A DNA stretch of 64,000 bases from the human T2T-CHM13v2.0 reference genome, Homo sapiens: NCBI RefSeq assembly GCF_009914755.1, contig NC_060937.1; one strand, 5' to 3'. Shown here piece by piece: positions 27,339 through 41,310 of the stretch. Made by a program: the position numbers and the translations under genes. The stretch's first letter is position 1. Each line of letters begins with the position of its first letter. Below the pieces are notes generated by a model, which did not search any database, was not told the origin of the DNA, and worked only from the letters and a program-made list of their open reading frames with translations.

Positions 27339-27954
27339 TGTTATAGGAGCCAAGGGAAAATTTCCCCTTCACCCTCTGAAAGTTTGCTGAAAATCACTAA
27401 TCACTGGCAAGCGGCAGATTAATTGGAGAAAAGGCATCAAAATTTATTAACATGTACGTGGAAGCCTCCAGAGTGAAGACCCAAAGATACAGGGGAAATT
27501 GTCCATTTTTATGCTTACAAAGTATGGACAGCCATGTAGAAATATGATTGGACAAAAAGAGTATGATCTCATGTTAATAGACTGAGTGAGGAAACCCAGC
27601 AGGGCCTGTTTGTCTGGATTCTTCTTGGGCTCTCTGAGGATCATTCCTTCCTTCTGGGCGTGGGGCAGGACCCTCTTTGCGATGGGGGGTCTTATGGCCT
27701 ACTGTCAAACAAGAGAAGTCAGATCATTTCTTTATGGCCAGTTTTTACACAGAAAGGCCGAGGGAAAGTTCCAGTAATATTTTGAGGTTTTAAAGGGGTT
27801 TTGGTTTCTATGACCAGCTTTGGGGAAGATTCAAATTTGTAAGGCTCCCTTCCTTGGGAGAATGGGACCGAGGGGCAGGAGGGCAGGAGAGGTCAGAGAA
27901 AAACTTTTGCTTCTGAGACCTTCATTTTGGGGTATTGTTTTCTGATTCCCAATG
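27339..27954 (-). mobile_element. MER39/MER34-group ERV1 solo LTR
   Basis: The right end reverse-complements to ttgggaatcagaaaacaataccccaaaatgaaggtctcagaagc, like the recalled MER39 start. Confidence 0.72.
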
Positions 27955-28184
27955 CTATCAATCATGCTTAAGCAACTCTCCAAAGGCCAGTTTTCTGATT
28001 CTCTGCTGAAGAGAATAATACTGAATAAAACTTGATTATAAACAGTCACAGTGAACCCTTGAGTGAATGTGAGAAACAATAAATTGTCTTCCATTGCATC
28101 AAATCCATTCACCAGCACTTGGCTCACTATGCTAATCACTCCAACTCCAGAATTAAATGTCTTATTATTTATCATTTTATTTGA

Positions 28185-28513
<329 letters not shown>

Positions 28514-29106
28514 ATATATTCCTTATTTGAATGTTAGCTGGAAAATGGAATTTAAACACCTTAAAACATGGTTATTGATTATTTAGAGACAAGTCTCCAG
28601 CTCAAATGTTAAACTGCATGAGAGAAAAATGAAGTGCTATGCTTTCAGATGCTTAACCATGTAAATATTTTGAAGTTTATTTTCTTTTTAAATAATTTAA
28701 CAGCTTCTTAAATCTACAATTATTTTTAGGCTCTGAATTGCTTTCTATCAGCTCGAAAATAATTGTGCTTTTCTCATCTTTTGTAACTGGAATTTCACCA
28801 GGCTGGTCATCTGAGTTTATATTTTTTATACTATATATACTTGAATACATTTTTGTTAGAGTTTTATAGTTTAATGCAAGAAAAAATGGGAAATTGCTTA
28901 AGCATGATTTTCTATTCAAAGTAGAATTTGGAGGGAATGATTCCCAAAATTCTTACATGTTTTGGAAAGGACGGATTTAGTGTACATTGGTAGGGTGTTA
29001 CTTAAAATGAAACTGGGAAAATTGAAATATACAGAGTAAGGATTTGATACTTACATTTTGTTTTGTCATTGAAAAATGAATATGATTGCTATTAATTTCT
29101 TTGTAG

Positions 29107-29234
29107 ATTTGCACAAAGGGCAAAGTTCACATATTTAAGTATCTGAGCATACAAGCATGCCAGATTAAGACAGCTGACTCCCTTTATCTCCACACCATGG
29201 AGAGGCCACATTTACACCAGCACGTGGAAGATGG
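29107..29234 (+). CDS. LRCH1: LRCH1 exon ~6 (128 nt, phase 0 to 2), LRR C-cap
   Basis: tttgtag|ATT TGC ACA...GAT GG|gtgagt; ICTKGKVHIFKYLSIQACQIKTADSLYLHTMERPHLHQHVEDG. Confidence 0.95.
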
Positions 29235-30387
29235 GTGAGTCATGCCCTCATTCAAAGCCCCAGTTTAAAATTTGCCTAGGCCAAGGCCCTCCAGGTAGCT
29301 GACTTCAAAATCTGTTTGTTTTAAGTCACCATGGTATCTGCAGAAAACAAAGCAAAACAGAACAATTTGGTTTAATCACCTAATTTGTATTTAAAACAAG
29401 AAGTTGAGAAACTATTGGGATATGAAAGAAAAAACTGCTGCTATTGAGAATATTTTGGTATATCTCAAATATCATCTGTCTCCTAATCAATAATCAGTTC
29501 TTCCTGAGTAAATATGTGCATACTTATAAATAAGATCTAGAATACAAATGTGAATATTTTTTACTTATCAAAATAACTATATTGAGCCCAGACATGCCTT
29601 TTTAGCAATTATTAATGTTGAATATGCCTCCAGAACAATGTTAAGAAAAAAATGAAGGCTTTATTTTTGGTCTTTTAAAAATGCAGTATGTGTAGTTTTG
29701 TCGCCACTTCCTGTTTCAAATGGAAAAGTTAGAACCCTTTCACACATCCTAGAGCTTCTTGTGGCATAAATCAAGCCTTGAGCTTCCAAAAAACAACATT
29801 CTCACACTGAACACAGTTATAGAAATGCAGGTTCTTTTTAAGAAGTCTTCACTGCAGAAATCTTTTCCTTCACTTTTTGCTACATAAGTAAATTTAAAAT
29901 TTTGGACTACTCTAATGTTACTTTTATATAATGCTTAAAATATGTACACTGTTTTATGTACTTAATCCCTGGATAAAAATTTACAGAATTATTGAAAGTA
30001 ACCACATTTCATAACATAAGGGGTAAAAGCAGTTATGTGGTTTATTAATTTTTTATATGCTAGATGCAGTAAAATAAGAACATTGGTAACTATTTTTAAG
30101 AAACACCTTGACATCTAAGAGCAAGCCACTTGATTAGAGCATAAATCCATGAAACCCCGAACACAAAGAATTTTATCTTATCCTGTGTTTAGACTGTGCT
30201 ACTGTCTGATTTTCATTAGGTCCATGTCTTAATATTCTTTAATACTAGACTGATTTGTTGCCTTATGGTAATAATAAAAATTTGCGTAGCAAAATTATTA
30301 TTAGAATATAAATTGATGTTTCTTGGTGTGAACTTTGTGATTTTAATCTTTTTTAAATGAATTCAATATTGATGGCATCTATCTCAG

Positions 30388-30451
30388 CAAGAAGGATTCT
30401 GATTCGGGAGTTGGAAGTGATAATGGAGATAAGCGATTATCTGCCACCGAG
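30388..30451 (+). CDS. LRCH1: LRCH1 exon ~7 (64 nt, phase 2 to 0)
   Basis: atctcag|C AAG AAG GAT...ACC GAG|gtaaag; KKDSDSGVGSDNGDKRLSATE. Confidence 0.93.
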
Positions 30452-32710
30452 GTAAAGTTAGTGATCAGATTCTTTTCCTTCTGTACTTCTAGACATATCT
30501 ACCAGTGTTCATTGAACTCCTTTCTGTTAAAGGGCATCGATTCATTTGTATATTCATGTGATATTCGTAAAAGTGATTTGTATATTCATGTGATTTGAAA
30601 TCCTCGAAGTGTTATATAAATATTAGCTGTTGTTACTTATTCTGCATCTTTAATATCTTTAATATTTTGTAAATGCCTCAAGAGTGGAGTCTGTATCTTC
30701 TCCTCTCCTACACATTATCTAAAATATTATTGAGTGCTCAATAAATATTACAAAATGGCTAAGTAGTACGCAAGTGCCCGTGAAGCACTTTTATACATAC
30801 GCTTATTTTTCAGTAATAGAGTAATTTAGAAAAACATTGTTATACATATGCGTAAATGTTAAGGAATCAACTGTACATTTTATTTTAATAGTTGATCCAC
30901 AGGAAATGCATTTATGAGTAGCTATAGTTTTTATAACAATGTTTGTTTTCCTCAGACTCTTAGATTGTGTTCTGTTCTGTTCTGTTCAGTTAATTGGATA
31001 CAAGTTTGGTTACTTGCAAGCTAACAGGCCTCACACATTAGAACTTCCTATAGTGGTTATAAATCATGCTTTGATAACTGATTTATTATCTCACATGTAG
31101 TCTATTAGAGTCCCCAAAATCTAACACTAATGTATCATTAAATGGAGCTTCTTGGCCTCAGGGATCTAGAAAGGAGTGGTAGGAAAAGTATCAGGTGCTC
31201 TTCTTTTTTTGAGGGAAGTTACTTTCTGTAGTTACTAAGTTAACATTATAATACTGTGAAATTGCAGTTAATAGGCCAGTCACCCCATCAAAGAAACTCA
31301 CATTTTTTTCTATGTATGACTCCAGGAAAAAAACCTTTCTCCAATTCTCCTCAAGTCGTTGAATTTTAATAGGTAGCTAAGGTATTTGAATTTATTTTTC
31401 ACAAAATACTCTATATAGCAGTATATTAAAAAGTGGGATTCTTTATCTTTAAAAATCCTTCTAATATAGAGCATTTTGAAAAGAAGAAGAGTTAGTAGGC
31501 AGAGAAGGCCAGTGTCAATAAAAGAAAATAACCCATAGGAAGGCACATGAATAGTTTACCGTGCTTCAGTGGGAGAGAGGGGATACTAAACACATTGCTT
31601 TAGTTGCATTTTAATTCATCCTCTTCAACTCCTAAGTCCTCGCAAATGGACCATTGTTTCAGAAATTACTCACCCTAAGTATATTTTCTGTTAAATTAAA
31701 CAGACTCTGCTTTATCTCTCTTCTAAGGCTAATTAAACTCATTAATAAAACATTACATAAAGAACTTCATTATCCTTTTGTTGTCACTTAAGCATAAGTA
31801 GGATGCTAATATCATTCTAAAAGGAGCCCAAGGATTTATTCTGTGCCTTTTAATTAGATGCATATCTTTGGAATTTTGCTAAATTTTTAAGATGAGAGGT
31901 GGGTAGAAAGAGAAGGGAATACAGAAAAGATTATATTCAACAGAATGAAATGCACACATCTTGCCTTTGGCCTTTCCTTGTCTTATATTACAGCCTCCTT
32001 TCCTAAGTACACCTCCAAGAAATTTATTTTTTAGAGTGATAAGTGTTCCGAATTATCTTACATAGCTTCCTATTTTCACTTGGTTTGGCAAAGATTTTAC
32101 CATCTATGATCAGGTGATCTTACTTCCCATTTAGATGACATTGTGGGGTTCAGGGATCACACCTCATTCTTTTTCTTTGGCTGCTGCCATTGATTGATTT
32201 AGCATTTGTCACTGAGAGATTAAAAACATCTTTTTATCAAGATAAACAGGAAAGTGTGGAGCTCTATGAATATTTGTTGAATGAATGAAATGCATGCCTA
32301 ATTTCTGCCAGTTTCTAAACAATCTGTGCATATGTCCAAAAGTAAACAAGGACAGACTCTGAAAACCATACCTCAAGAACTTAGGAGCAAGCCACAATCT
32401 CCTGAAATGTGTTTTGTGGAGGTTCCTGATTTTTGAGATTTGGAAAGCTATTTCCTAAGTAGCAACAGTAAAATGGAGACATAGGAAAATAAACCAGGCT
32501 CCATATTTCAGAATCATAGGTTTTCTGAATAAACGTCATCAGCTACTGTGGGAAAGGAAGCCCTCAGAGAGAACTAATCCAATTATTAAAGCCGAAGCTT
32601 TCTTCCAAAAATCACACAGAGCAGTTCTTTTTAACTACTACAGTTGTTTAGCATTTTTATATATGTGATGCAGCTTCCTCAGCCTAAAACAGAGAAATAA
32701 AACAGGCACC

Positions 32711-33421
<711 letters not shown>

Positions 33422-33484
33422 GTACCTGACAAGATTTCAGCTTAAAACAGAGAGAAGAAAACACAGAGAAGCCCATAAGTGTTA

Positions 33485-33735
33485 GCTCCATGAATTTTCA
33501 CAATGTGAACACACCCGTATAACCAGCTTCCAGTTCAAGAAACAGAACTTTACCAGCACCCCAGAAAGCCCCACCCCGACCCCAAGAATAACCTCTTCCT
33601 AATTTTAAATACCATGGATTAGTTTTGCATTTTTTGAACTTACATAAGTGGAATTGACCTTTGTATCTGGCAACTTATATTCAATATGATATTTGTGAGA
33701 ATCACAGGATGTTGTTTTATTACATAGCATTCTCC
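33485..33735 (-). mobile_element. Old L1M 3'UTR fragment
   Basis: atgaattttcacaatgtgaacacacccgtataaccagc...cagaactttaccagcaccccagaa. Confidence 0.65.
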
Positions 33736-33790
33736 TTATCTACATTGATAACACTTCTCTTGAGTTAAACAGTGCACTGTATCTTTTTAG

Positions 33791-33896
33791 CCTTCTGACG
33801 AAGACACTGTTAGCCTCAATGTGCCAATGTCAAACATCATGGAAGAAGAACAGATCATCAAGGAGGACTCGTGCCATCGCCTTAGCCCCGTTAAAG
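33791..33896 (+). CDS. LRCH1: LRCH1 exon ~8 (106 nt, phase 0 to 1)
   Basis: ctttttag|CCT TCT GAC...GTT AAA G|gtctga; PSDEDTVSLNVPMSNIMEEEQIIKEDSCHRLSPVK. Confidence 0.93.
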
Positions 33897-34193
33897 GTCT
33901 GAGAATAAAAATGTGGAGAAAGTGCTTGTTTTTCAGTTTCAAATGTTATGTTTAAAATAACCTGTGCACAGATAGGGCAGTGATAATCTTTCTAGAGTAT
34001 GTCCTATGTACCAGGTACTGTGTTCTTCTGGGAAGTTGAGCTGATTTAAAATTTAAAAGTCAAAGATGGATACTCTAATCATCTCCATTTTATAGGTGAG
34101 AAAACCAAGACTCAGAGAGTTTAAGTAACTTGCCATTGGTCACATAGCTGATGTGTGTGTAGTACTACTTCCTACGGTACATAGTAGAACTAA

Positions 34194-34424
<231 letters not shown>

Positions 34425-34437
34425 TGATATGATAGAT

Positions 34438-34800
34438 ATATTAGTTAGGAAAACTCTAGCTGCCGTAACATAGATTCCCAAATCTCTGTGGCTCAACACA
34501 ATCCAAATTAAGTTCAAATGGAGTTAGTGATTGGCAGACAACTCCCCTCTGAGTATTGATTTAAGGACCCAAGCTCCTTTCATACCATGACTCCATCATC
34601 TTTAACACAGGCCTTCCAAAACTTTCATGTCCATCTGTTTTAAGCCAGAAGAAGAGCGTGGAGGTTTGCTCGTGGGAGGTTTTTATGGACTGGGTCTGGA
34701 AGGAGTGCCCATCACTGATAAGCTAGACTTCATCCCATGGCCACATCGCACTGCACATGAGGGTGGGAAATGTAGTTGAGGTGTGTGTTCAAGAAGCTAC
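34438..34800. mobile_element. Old MLT1-like LTR fragment
   Basis: ctagctgccgtaaca...ccaaatctctgtggctcaacaca...ggccaca...gggaaatgtagt. Confidence 0.5.
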
Positions 34801-36147
34801 TTGACTTTGGCCCAGTCAGGTGACCTTGATTCCCTCACCTGTACATGAGATGATTAGATTAGGTAATACCAAAGGTCCAGTGTAGCTTGAAAATTCTGTG
34901 GCTCTTTAATAATCATCAAATGACCACTAAACACTGTCTTGTGTGCCTTCAAGATCCTTGTAATACGTTTCATATCTTGGTTGGAAGCCCTCATTGGGTA
35001 ACATTAAGGCGATTTTTTGATTGCCCCTGTTTCCCCATGACTTTTAAGGAAAATACAAGCATTTAGTTTTACTCATTTGTGGCAGAGACTGTTTCACAGT
35101 GTATAAATAGTGCAGAACTGGATTAATATACAGATCTTCTCATAAATAGTTGGAATTTGCTCTTATTCATGATAGGAGAGCTGTTTAAGTTCACTCAAAC
35201 CTTAGTGTTGGCTTTCACTTCTTACACTTCGGTTTTTAAGTTTAGCATTTCTGTTTACCTGAGATTATCATGGGAACCATATGTTGTCTAAAAACATAGC
35301 TGTATGCTTTATATACAAATATAACTGCCACTTTATTAATTCATATAAAGTTAGTAATATTATACACTGTAGGAGGTAGTATTTTAGGCAAATTTTTCAA
35401 ATAAAAGAATTATGTAATTTGTTACTAGTGGGTGTTCCCCCTCTCGTCTAGATGTGGGTATTGCATTGGCTCAGAGTGTTTAAAGGGTGGCCCAGTATGG
35501 TTCTTTTTCATCTTCAGAACAGTTGGAAGAGTTCTGCAGGGTGTTCCTTTTGCTCCCCCACCTCCCCTGGAACACATTCTAGGTGGAAGTGCCACATCTG
35601 GGCATGCTGTCACCTCTGTGTGGCCCTTCTTGTAGACACTTCTTTTGCTGTTATGATTTGGGGCTCTTGCCTAGTTCCCCTCCCACATTCTTCCTTGAGA
35701 TTATTTGCTGTTTAAGGACAGGAGTCAGATTTGGCTGATTTTTTAATCCCTAAAATGTTTAGCATAATACCTGCCATTTAGTAGCTGCTCAATATTTGTT
35801 GGATTTTAAATATGAAATACATAGTAACATATTACTGAGGGCAAAAAAGCCTCTTTTATACTTTCTTTTCTCCATTCCTTAAAAAAGTAAGAGAAAATCT
35901 AATTTTTCTCATAGGGAACTGAGCCCAGAGAGGCCTTGACTTTTTAAGCTCAGTTTGGGGCTTTCTGGGGTTATTTTATTTTTATCTTTTCCTCCCTGCA
36001 GGGAAGAGAAAACTTGGGTTTTTCATATACCTTCTTCATAGGGAACACAGAAGACTTGAAGTGATTAGATCATATTTGAAGATCAGCTGTGTTTTGCTCT
36101 TCTGTTCATGAAATCATGCTTTCCATCTCTCTATATTTTCCTAATAG

Positions 36148-36272
36148 GGGAATTTCATCAGGAATTTCAACCGGAGCCTTCCCTTTTGGGTGACAGCACC
36201 AACTCAGGAGAAGAAAGAGACCAGTTTACTGATAGAGCAGATGGTCTCCATTCGGAATTTATGAACTATAAG
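36148..36272 (+). CDS. LRCH1: LRCH1 exon ~9 (125 nt, phase 1 to 0), non-canonical GC donor
   Basis: cctaatag|GG GAA TTT...TAT AAG|gcaaga; EFHQEFQPEPSLLGDSTNSGEERDQFTDRADGLHSEFMNYK. Confidence 0.9.
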
Positions 36273-37448
36273 GCAAGATTTTCAGGATCAACTACGTTTT
36301 TTTACTTATTTCCTTCTGTTTGGCACCGTACAATTTAAGTTGAAGGTTGCCAATCCATCCCCTTCAATGTCCAGCTTGCTGCACCCTCCCTGAAGCGTTC
36401 CAAACATCTCAGCGCTCAGCGTGTCTATTTGCTGATGTGAGGAGCTGGTCCCTGCCCTGTGTGCCTCTCCATTTGTCTGTTTATGGATCTGATTTTCTTT
36501 CCGCTACTCAGTGCATCGTACAAATTAGCAAACTCATTAGTGTGACCATTGCCACGCAGTAAAAGCTGAAATAGTTTCACATTCTTTTCAACATGTTCTA
36601 GGTAAATCCTTTTCTTGGGAGTATATTTATAGTGTGAAGACAAAAGTGGAGACTTTTAAAATTGATAAATGAATGTCTTTCCTTTTTGGAAAGATCTCTC
36701 TGAGGACACTTATTCCTGAACTTTTGTAGGTGCCCCGAGGCATTGAAAGGACAGGTGAAGTTGCCGAGTTGTCAGGAAAACCTTCATCTTGGCAGCAACA
36801 AAGGGAGGAAAGAAAAATTAGCCCTTTACTGAAGCAGATACTGAAGGTTCTACTTCACAACCCGATTAGGTGCTTGGTATGTTTCTGCCAGCCCTTTTGG
36901 TTCAGGTTGTGGTGCCCAAGAATCATAAAGATTATTGTTTTTGTAAAATTCAGATTCACTGTGGCTTCGAGGTAACTTCTGAGTTATTATGTTGAAGCCA
37001 AGAATGGGATCCCTAAGTACTCATCTTTATTTTCTGAGCATTGTGTCCTGATGGCTGGACCCAGCCTAAATTAACATCTCTGGGCATCACCTTCAAGGAA
37101 ATGGAGAGGAAAACAGCTGAATTTTACACTGTAGGAGACCTTCGTGTGCTCAGGACATGTTTATGGCCTCCAGATAAAAATAATGAACGTGACATATGTT
37201 TATAGATTACAGAAGTTGTGTAGAAGGATAAAACACAGTCTTAACTCTTTACTTGCTATATTTAATGTCATTAATCCATACATCCTTGTTTTAAAATAGG
37301 TCACACCCATTGCCTTGTTTCTGTCCCCTGTCTCCATTGACATTGCTTCATTTGAGCCTCATAGTTTCTCACTTTGATTACTTCAGGCACCACCCCGCCC
37401 ACTCCACTTCTTACCCAATGCTGCACCCGCGTGCATGCATGCATGTGT

Positions 37449-37450
<2 letters not shown>

Positions 37451-37484
<34 letters not shown>
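37451..37484. repeat. (AC)17 microsatellite
   Basis: Read directly. Confidence 0.97.
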
Positions 37485-37487
<3 letters not shown>

Positions 37488-38038
37488 TTATATTCTGCCA
37501 CCAAACATTTTTCTAAAGTGCAAATCTAATGACATTCCTCTCAGGCCACTGGTTCTACAAGGCTTCCCCAGATTAGACCCTATCTATCAGCTCTGTGGGA
37601 CGATTCTTCCATGAAAATGTGAAAATTGGAGTATATCGAGCATTCATCTTAAGTTAAGAATCTAAGGTAAAGATGGAAACCCTGAAGAATGTGTTAAGAA
37701 GATATCAATATTTAAGTTCTAGAGGAAACAAAGCAGTTAGTAAGAATAAAGCGTATTGTTTCAGGAAAGCAAATTTCCCTGGATTCAGAGATTTCAAGGA
37801 CTTCCTGGAAATGGCTGCCCTACAGAATGGGTCCTGTAGATGGAAACTAGAGGAGCAGATAGGCGTGTGGAAGTCAACTTGGCAAAGGCTTTCTGGAAGA
37901 TACTTCTCTTGGAAAATCAAAAGAAAAATGTTAATGATAAAATGAACATCTACAACAAGTTAAGGAAAAATTGTGCTTGAAAATCAGGCCCGTATTAGGC
38001 TTGATATCCATCAACTTTAAGTCTTTCAACCTGTGCTT

Positions 38039-38325
38039 GGCCTGGCGGAGTGAATCACACCTGTAATCCCCCACTTTGGGAGGCTGAGGCAGGAGGATCA
38101 CTTGAGCCCAGGAGTTCAAGATCAGCCTGGGCAACATACTAAGATTCCATCTCTACAAAAAAACAAAAGCTAGCTGGGTGTGGTGGTGTGCTCCTTGAGT
38201 CTCAGCTACTCAGGACACTGAGGAGGGAAGATCACTTGAGCTTGGGAGAGTGAGTCTTCAGTGAGCCATGACTGCACCACTGCACTCCAGCCTGGGTGAA
38301 AGAGTGAGACCCTTTCTCAGAAAAA
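38039..38325 (+). mobile_element. AluJ
   Basis: ggaggatcacttgagcccaggagttcaag..cagcctgggcaacata; gagccatgactgcaccactgcactcc. Confidence 0.88.
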
Positions 38326-38391
38326 CAGAGTTCTATGCTTTACATAATCCTGTTTTCTTTACTGAATAAGCATCTTGGACCTTTGCAACCA

Positions 38392-39075
38392 CAGTCAATT
38401 TTCATTATTCACAGCAGTTATGTTGTGTGACATCACTGTGCATATCGAATTATCCAATACTGAGCCCTAACTCACTGGGGAAATAGAGGGCTGGGTTCCT
38501 GCACCCTCTGCTCACAACGTTTTTGTCAACCAATCAGCACACAACCTTGGTGTGTGTGTATTTCTGTTTAAAGATACCTTATTTAATATATATTGTTTTG
38601 ATGAACATTACAACCATACCTTATTTAACATATATTGATTGATGAACATTACAACCAACAGCACTGTAACTCATGCCCGAAGGAAGCTTGTCTAACACAC
38701 GTATTGTCCTCTGTAAGGCATATCACAACTTCCTTGGGCTTCTGAACACAAGGCAGCACTTCAGTACTATGTCTGGGGCCATTTTAAAGTGAAATCACCA
38801 ACAAAAAACACAACAGTGTGAAAACATGGCACTAACTAGACTGTGAAAAAGGACACTTATTTACAATAAGAGAGCTGAAAGAAGAAAGCAGAGTGTCACC
38901 TTGTTCCACCTCATCTGGGAACATACACATCCTGGGACTCAAATTTTTTACCACTCTGTAGATGTCTGCAGATGACCTCCAGAGCACCACGAATACTGGT
39001 TTTGGGACTAAAAATACATGTTGGTGAATAGGCAAATTCACAAATGCAGAATCCACAGATAATGAGGATCAACTG
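38392..39075 (+). mobile_element. MER82 (TcMar-Tigger)
   Basis: TIRs cagtcaattttcattattc ... gataatgaggatcaactg(ta); interior matches recalled MER82. Confidence 0.8.
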
Positions 39076-40024
39076 TAAAACCATTTAGCTTAGCAAAAGC
39101 AACCCAGTACGCCTGTTTTGCCTAATGAAAAAAAGAGACATTTTATACTATTGGCTACTTTTAGTTGTGAAACAAAAAAATAAAAAGAAATACCCTTTGC
39201 TTCTATCATTGAAACCCAACAAAACGAAGTAAGAACACGTTGTCTTGGTCATTTCTGGTAGTATATTTTTACCCATGAATTTTTCTGTCATTTGGAGTGT
39301 GGAGAGTGGCACAGTCTTTTATACGTTGACTGTATTGTACATGAAAAGTATAATCACTACAGAAAAAGTCCAAGTGTGTTCCCAGCCAGAGTCCAGCATT
39401 GGGCAGCTAGCCATGTCCTTGGGAAAAGTCTTGTCCTAACAACACATCTGGAGGACTGGCTGGTCCCCAGTTAGCTAATGATATGCCAGAACCTTGACAC
39501 CAAAAATGGTCCTTTTGGCTGGTGTTCTCTCCTAGCTAGGGAAATGTGGCCCTATTCAGGCTGGCTTTCATTCTAGCCATGAGCTGGGTTAAAGCAGCGT
39601 TTCTCTGTGTCAGAGATGAACGTGCAAGGAGGCCTGTGGAAGGCTCATGGTGGTACATGACTTTCCAAATAGCCAGTGTCACTACATTGCCGCTTTGGGA
39701 AAAAGTGGGGTGACAGTGCAGGGAGAACATTTGAGTGATTCTGGATGTTGTACACGTGAAAACTATTAGATGCAATCAGAAGCACTTTTCTGTTGTTAAG
39801 AATGTTACACTTTCTCTTTTCCCCACTACACACATATGCGTGCACACTCACACTTAAACACACATCCCTGCTCTCACAAACACTAGGATGCATCTTCACA
39901 GGTGACCCACAAGCACAGGAGAGGGATCTCTCAATACAAGAAGGTGCTAAAAGGGCAATAGGAAATCCAGTAAAGCTTTAAATTTCTGATGATAAGTTAA
40001 CAGATGCTGTGGTCTTGGGCCACA

Positions 40025-40517
40025 TTTTTTTAAATTTAAAAATGTTTAATTATGGGAAAATACTTACAAAATGTACACCTTAGCCATTTTTTAAATGTAC
40101 ATGTAGTTCAGAGTGTTTTAACTACATTTACGTTGTGCAGCCTATCTCCAGAACTCTTCTCACTTGCAAAACTGACCCTGTGTACCCTTTAAATAACAAC
40201 TCCCTCGTTCCTTCCCGGCAGCCCCTGGCAGCAAGCATTCTGCTTTCTGTCTGGATGAATTTGATTACTGTAGACACCTCATATAAGTGTAATCAGTACA
40301 GTATTTGTATTTTTGTGACTGGCTTATTGCACGTAGCATAATGTCCTCCAGGTTTATCTGTGTGTATGGCATGCATGAGAATTTCCCCCTTTCTAAGGCT
40401 GAGTAATATTCTAGTGCATGTACATACCAGATTTGTTTATCTGTCCCTCCATAGATGGCTGTTTGGCTTGTTTCCAGCTTTTGGCTATTGTGAATAACGC
40501 TGTTATAAACATGGGCT
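40025..40517 (-). mobile_element. L1MB-type 3' end
   Basis: ttagccatttttaaatgtaca...gacacctcatataagtg.aatca.tacagtattt...ccagcttttggctattgtgaataacgctg. Confidence 0.8.
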
Positions 40518-40586
40518 GGGCAGGTTTTGGCTCCTGACTACTGAGTAGCCAATGGTTTTCAGGAACCCTGTGTGTTTTGTCCACAG

Positions 40587-40654
40587 GCAAGGGCAGAAGA
40601 CTGTGAAGAGCTGTTACGGATAGAAGAGGATGTGCACTGGCAAACTGAGGGCAT
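40587..40654 (+). CDS. LRCH1: LRCH1 exon ~10 (68 nt, phase 0 to 2)
   Basis: gtccacag|GCA AGG GCA GAA...GGC AT|gtgagt; ARAEDCEELLRIEEDVHWQTEG. Confidence 0.92.
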
Positions 40655-41074
40655 GTGAGTGCCGAGGCCTTGGTTACAAGCCATCATCACTCAAATCCAC
40701 TTTGCAAGCAGTCTGGCAGTTCTGTTGTGATAGAATTTTGACCTGCTTTTCTGTGGGCAAGCTGATATTCTTACAGACAATATTGATAAGAAGTTGCCAG
40801 TTTTTCTCTGTCTGATGCTTTTTGTCGTGGTATTGGGCAGTACAAACCTCTTACTTGGCCTTGAGTCTTATTTGTTTTGAGGTTGCGGGTAGTAATGTGA
40901 TTTCAGAGAATTAGCTAGAATTTCTAGATTGGAGGTTCTACCATCCATACAATTGCCTGAAGAAGCCAACAGCTGGGCCTGAAGTGATCTGTAGCGCTGA
41001 TCTCCTTCTTTACCCCAAGTCATCCCCTTCAAGATCTGAGAACACCGTAGACTTCTGGTCCCAAGACTTCTAAC

Positions 41075-41310
41075 TGCCAGAGCTACCATTTATTCAACAT
41101 CATGTGCCAGGCATTGTCCTAAATACTTGACAGGCCATAACTCATTTCATCTTTACAACACTCCTAACAGATAAGTTCTGTTCTTGTCCCGCATTTCACA
41201 GATGACGAAACTGAGGCACAGAGAGATTGATTATCTTGCCGCAAGGTCACAGAGGGCCAGCATTTGAACCCAAGGAATCTTGTACCAGACAGATAATCCT
41301 TCTACTCTAT
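41075..41310. mobile_element. MIR
   Basis: Core catttcacagatgacgaaactgaggcacagagag...caaggtcacag. Confidence 0.75.
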
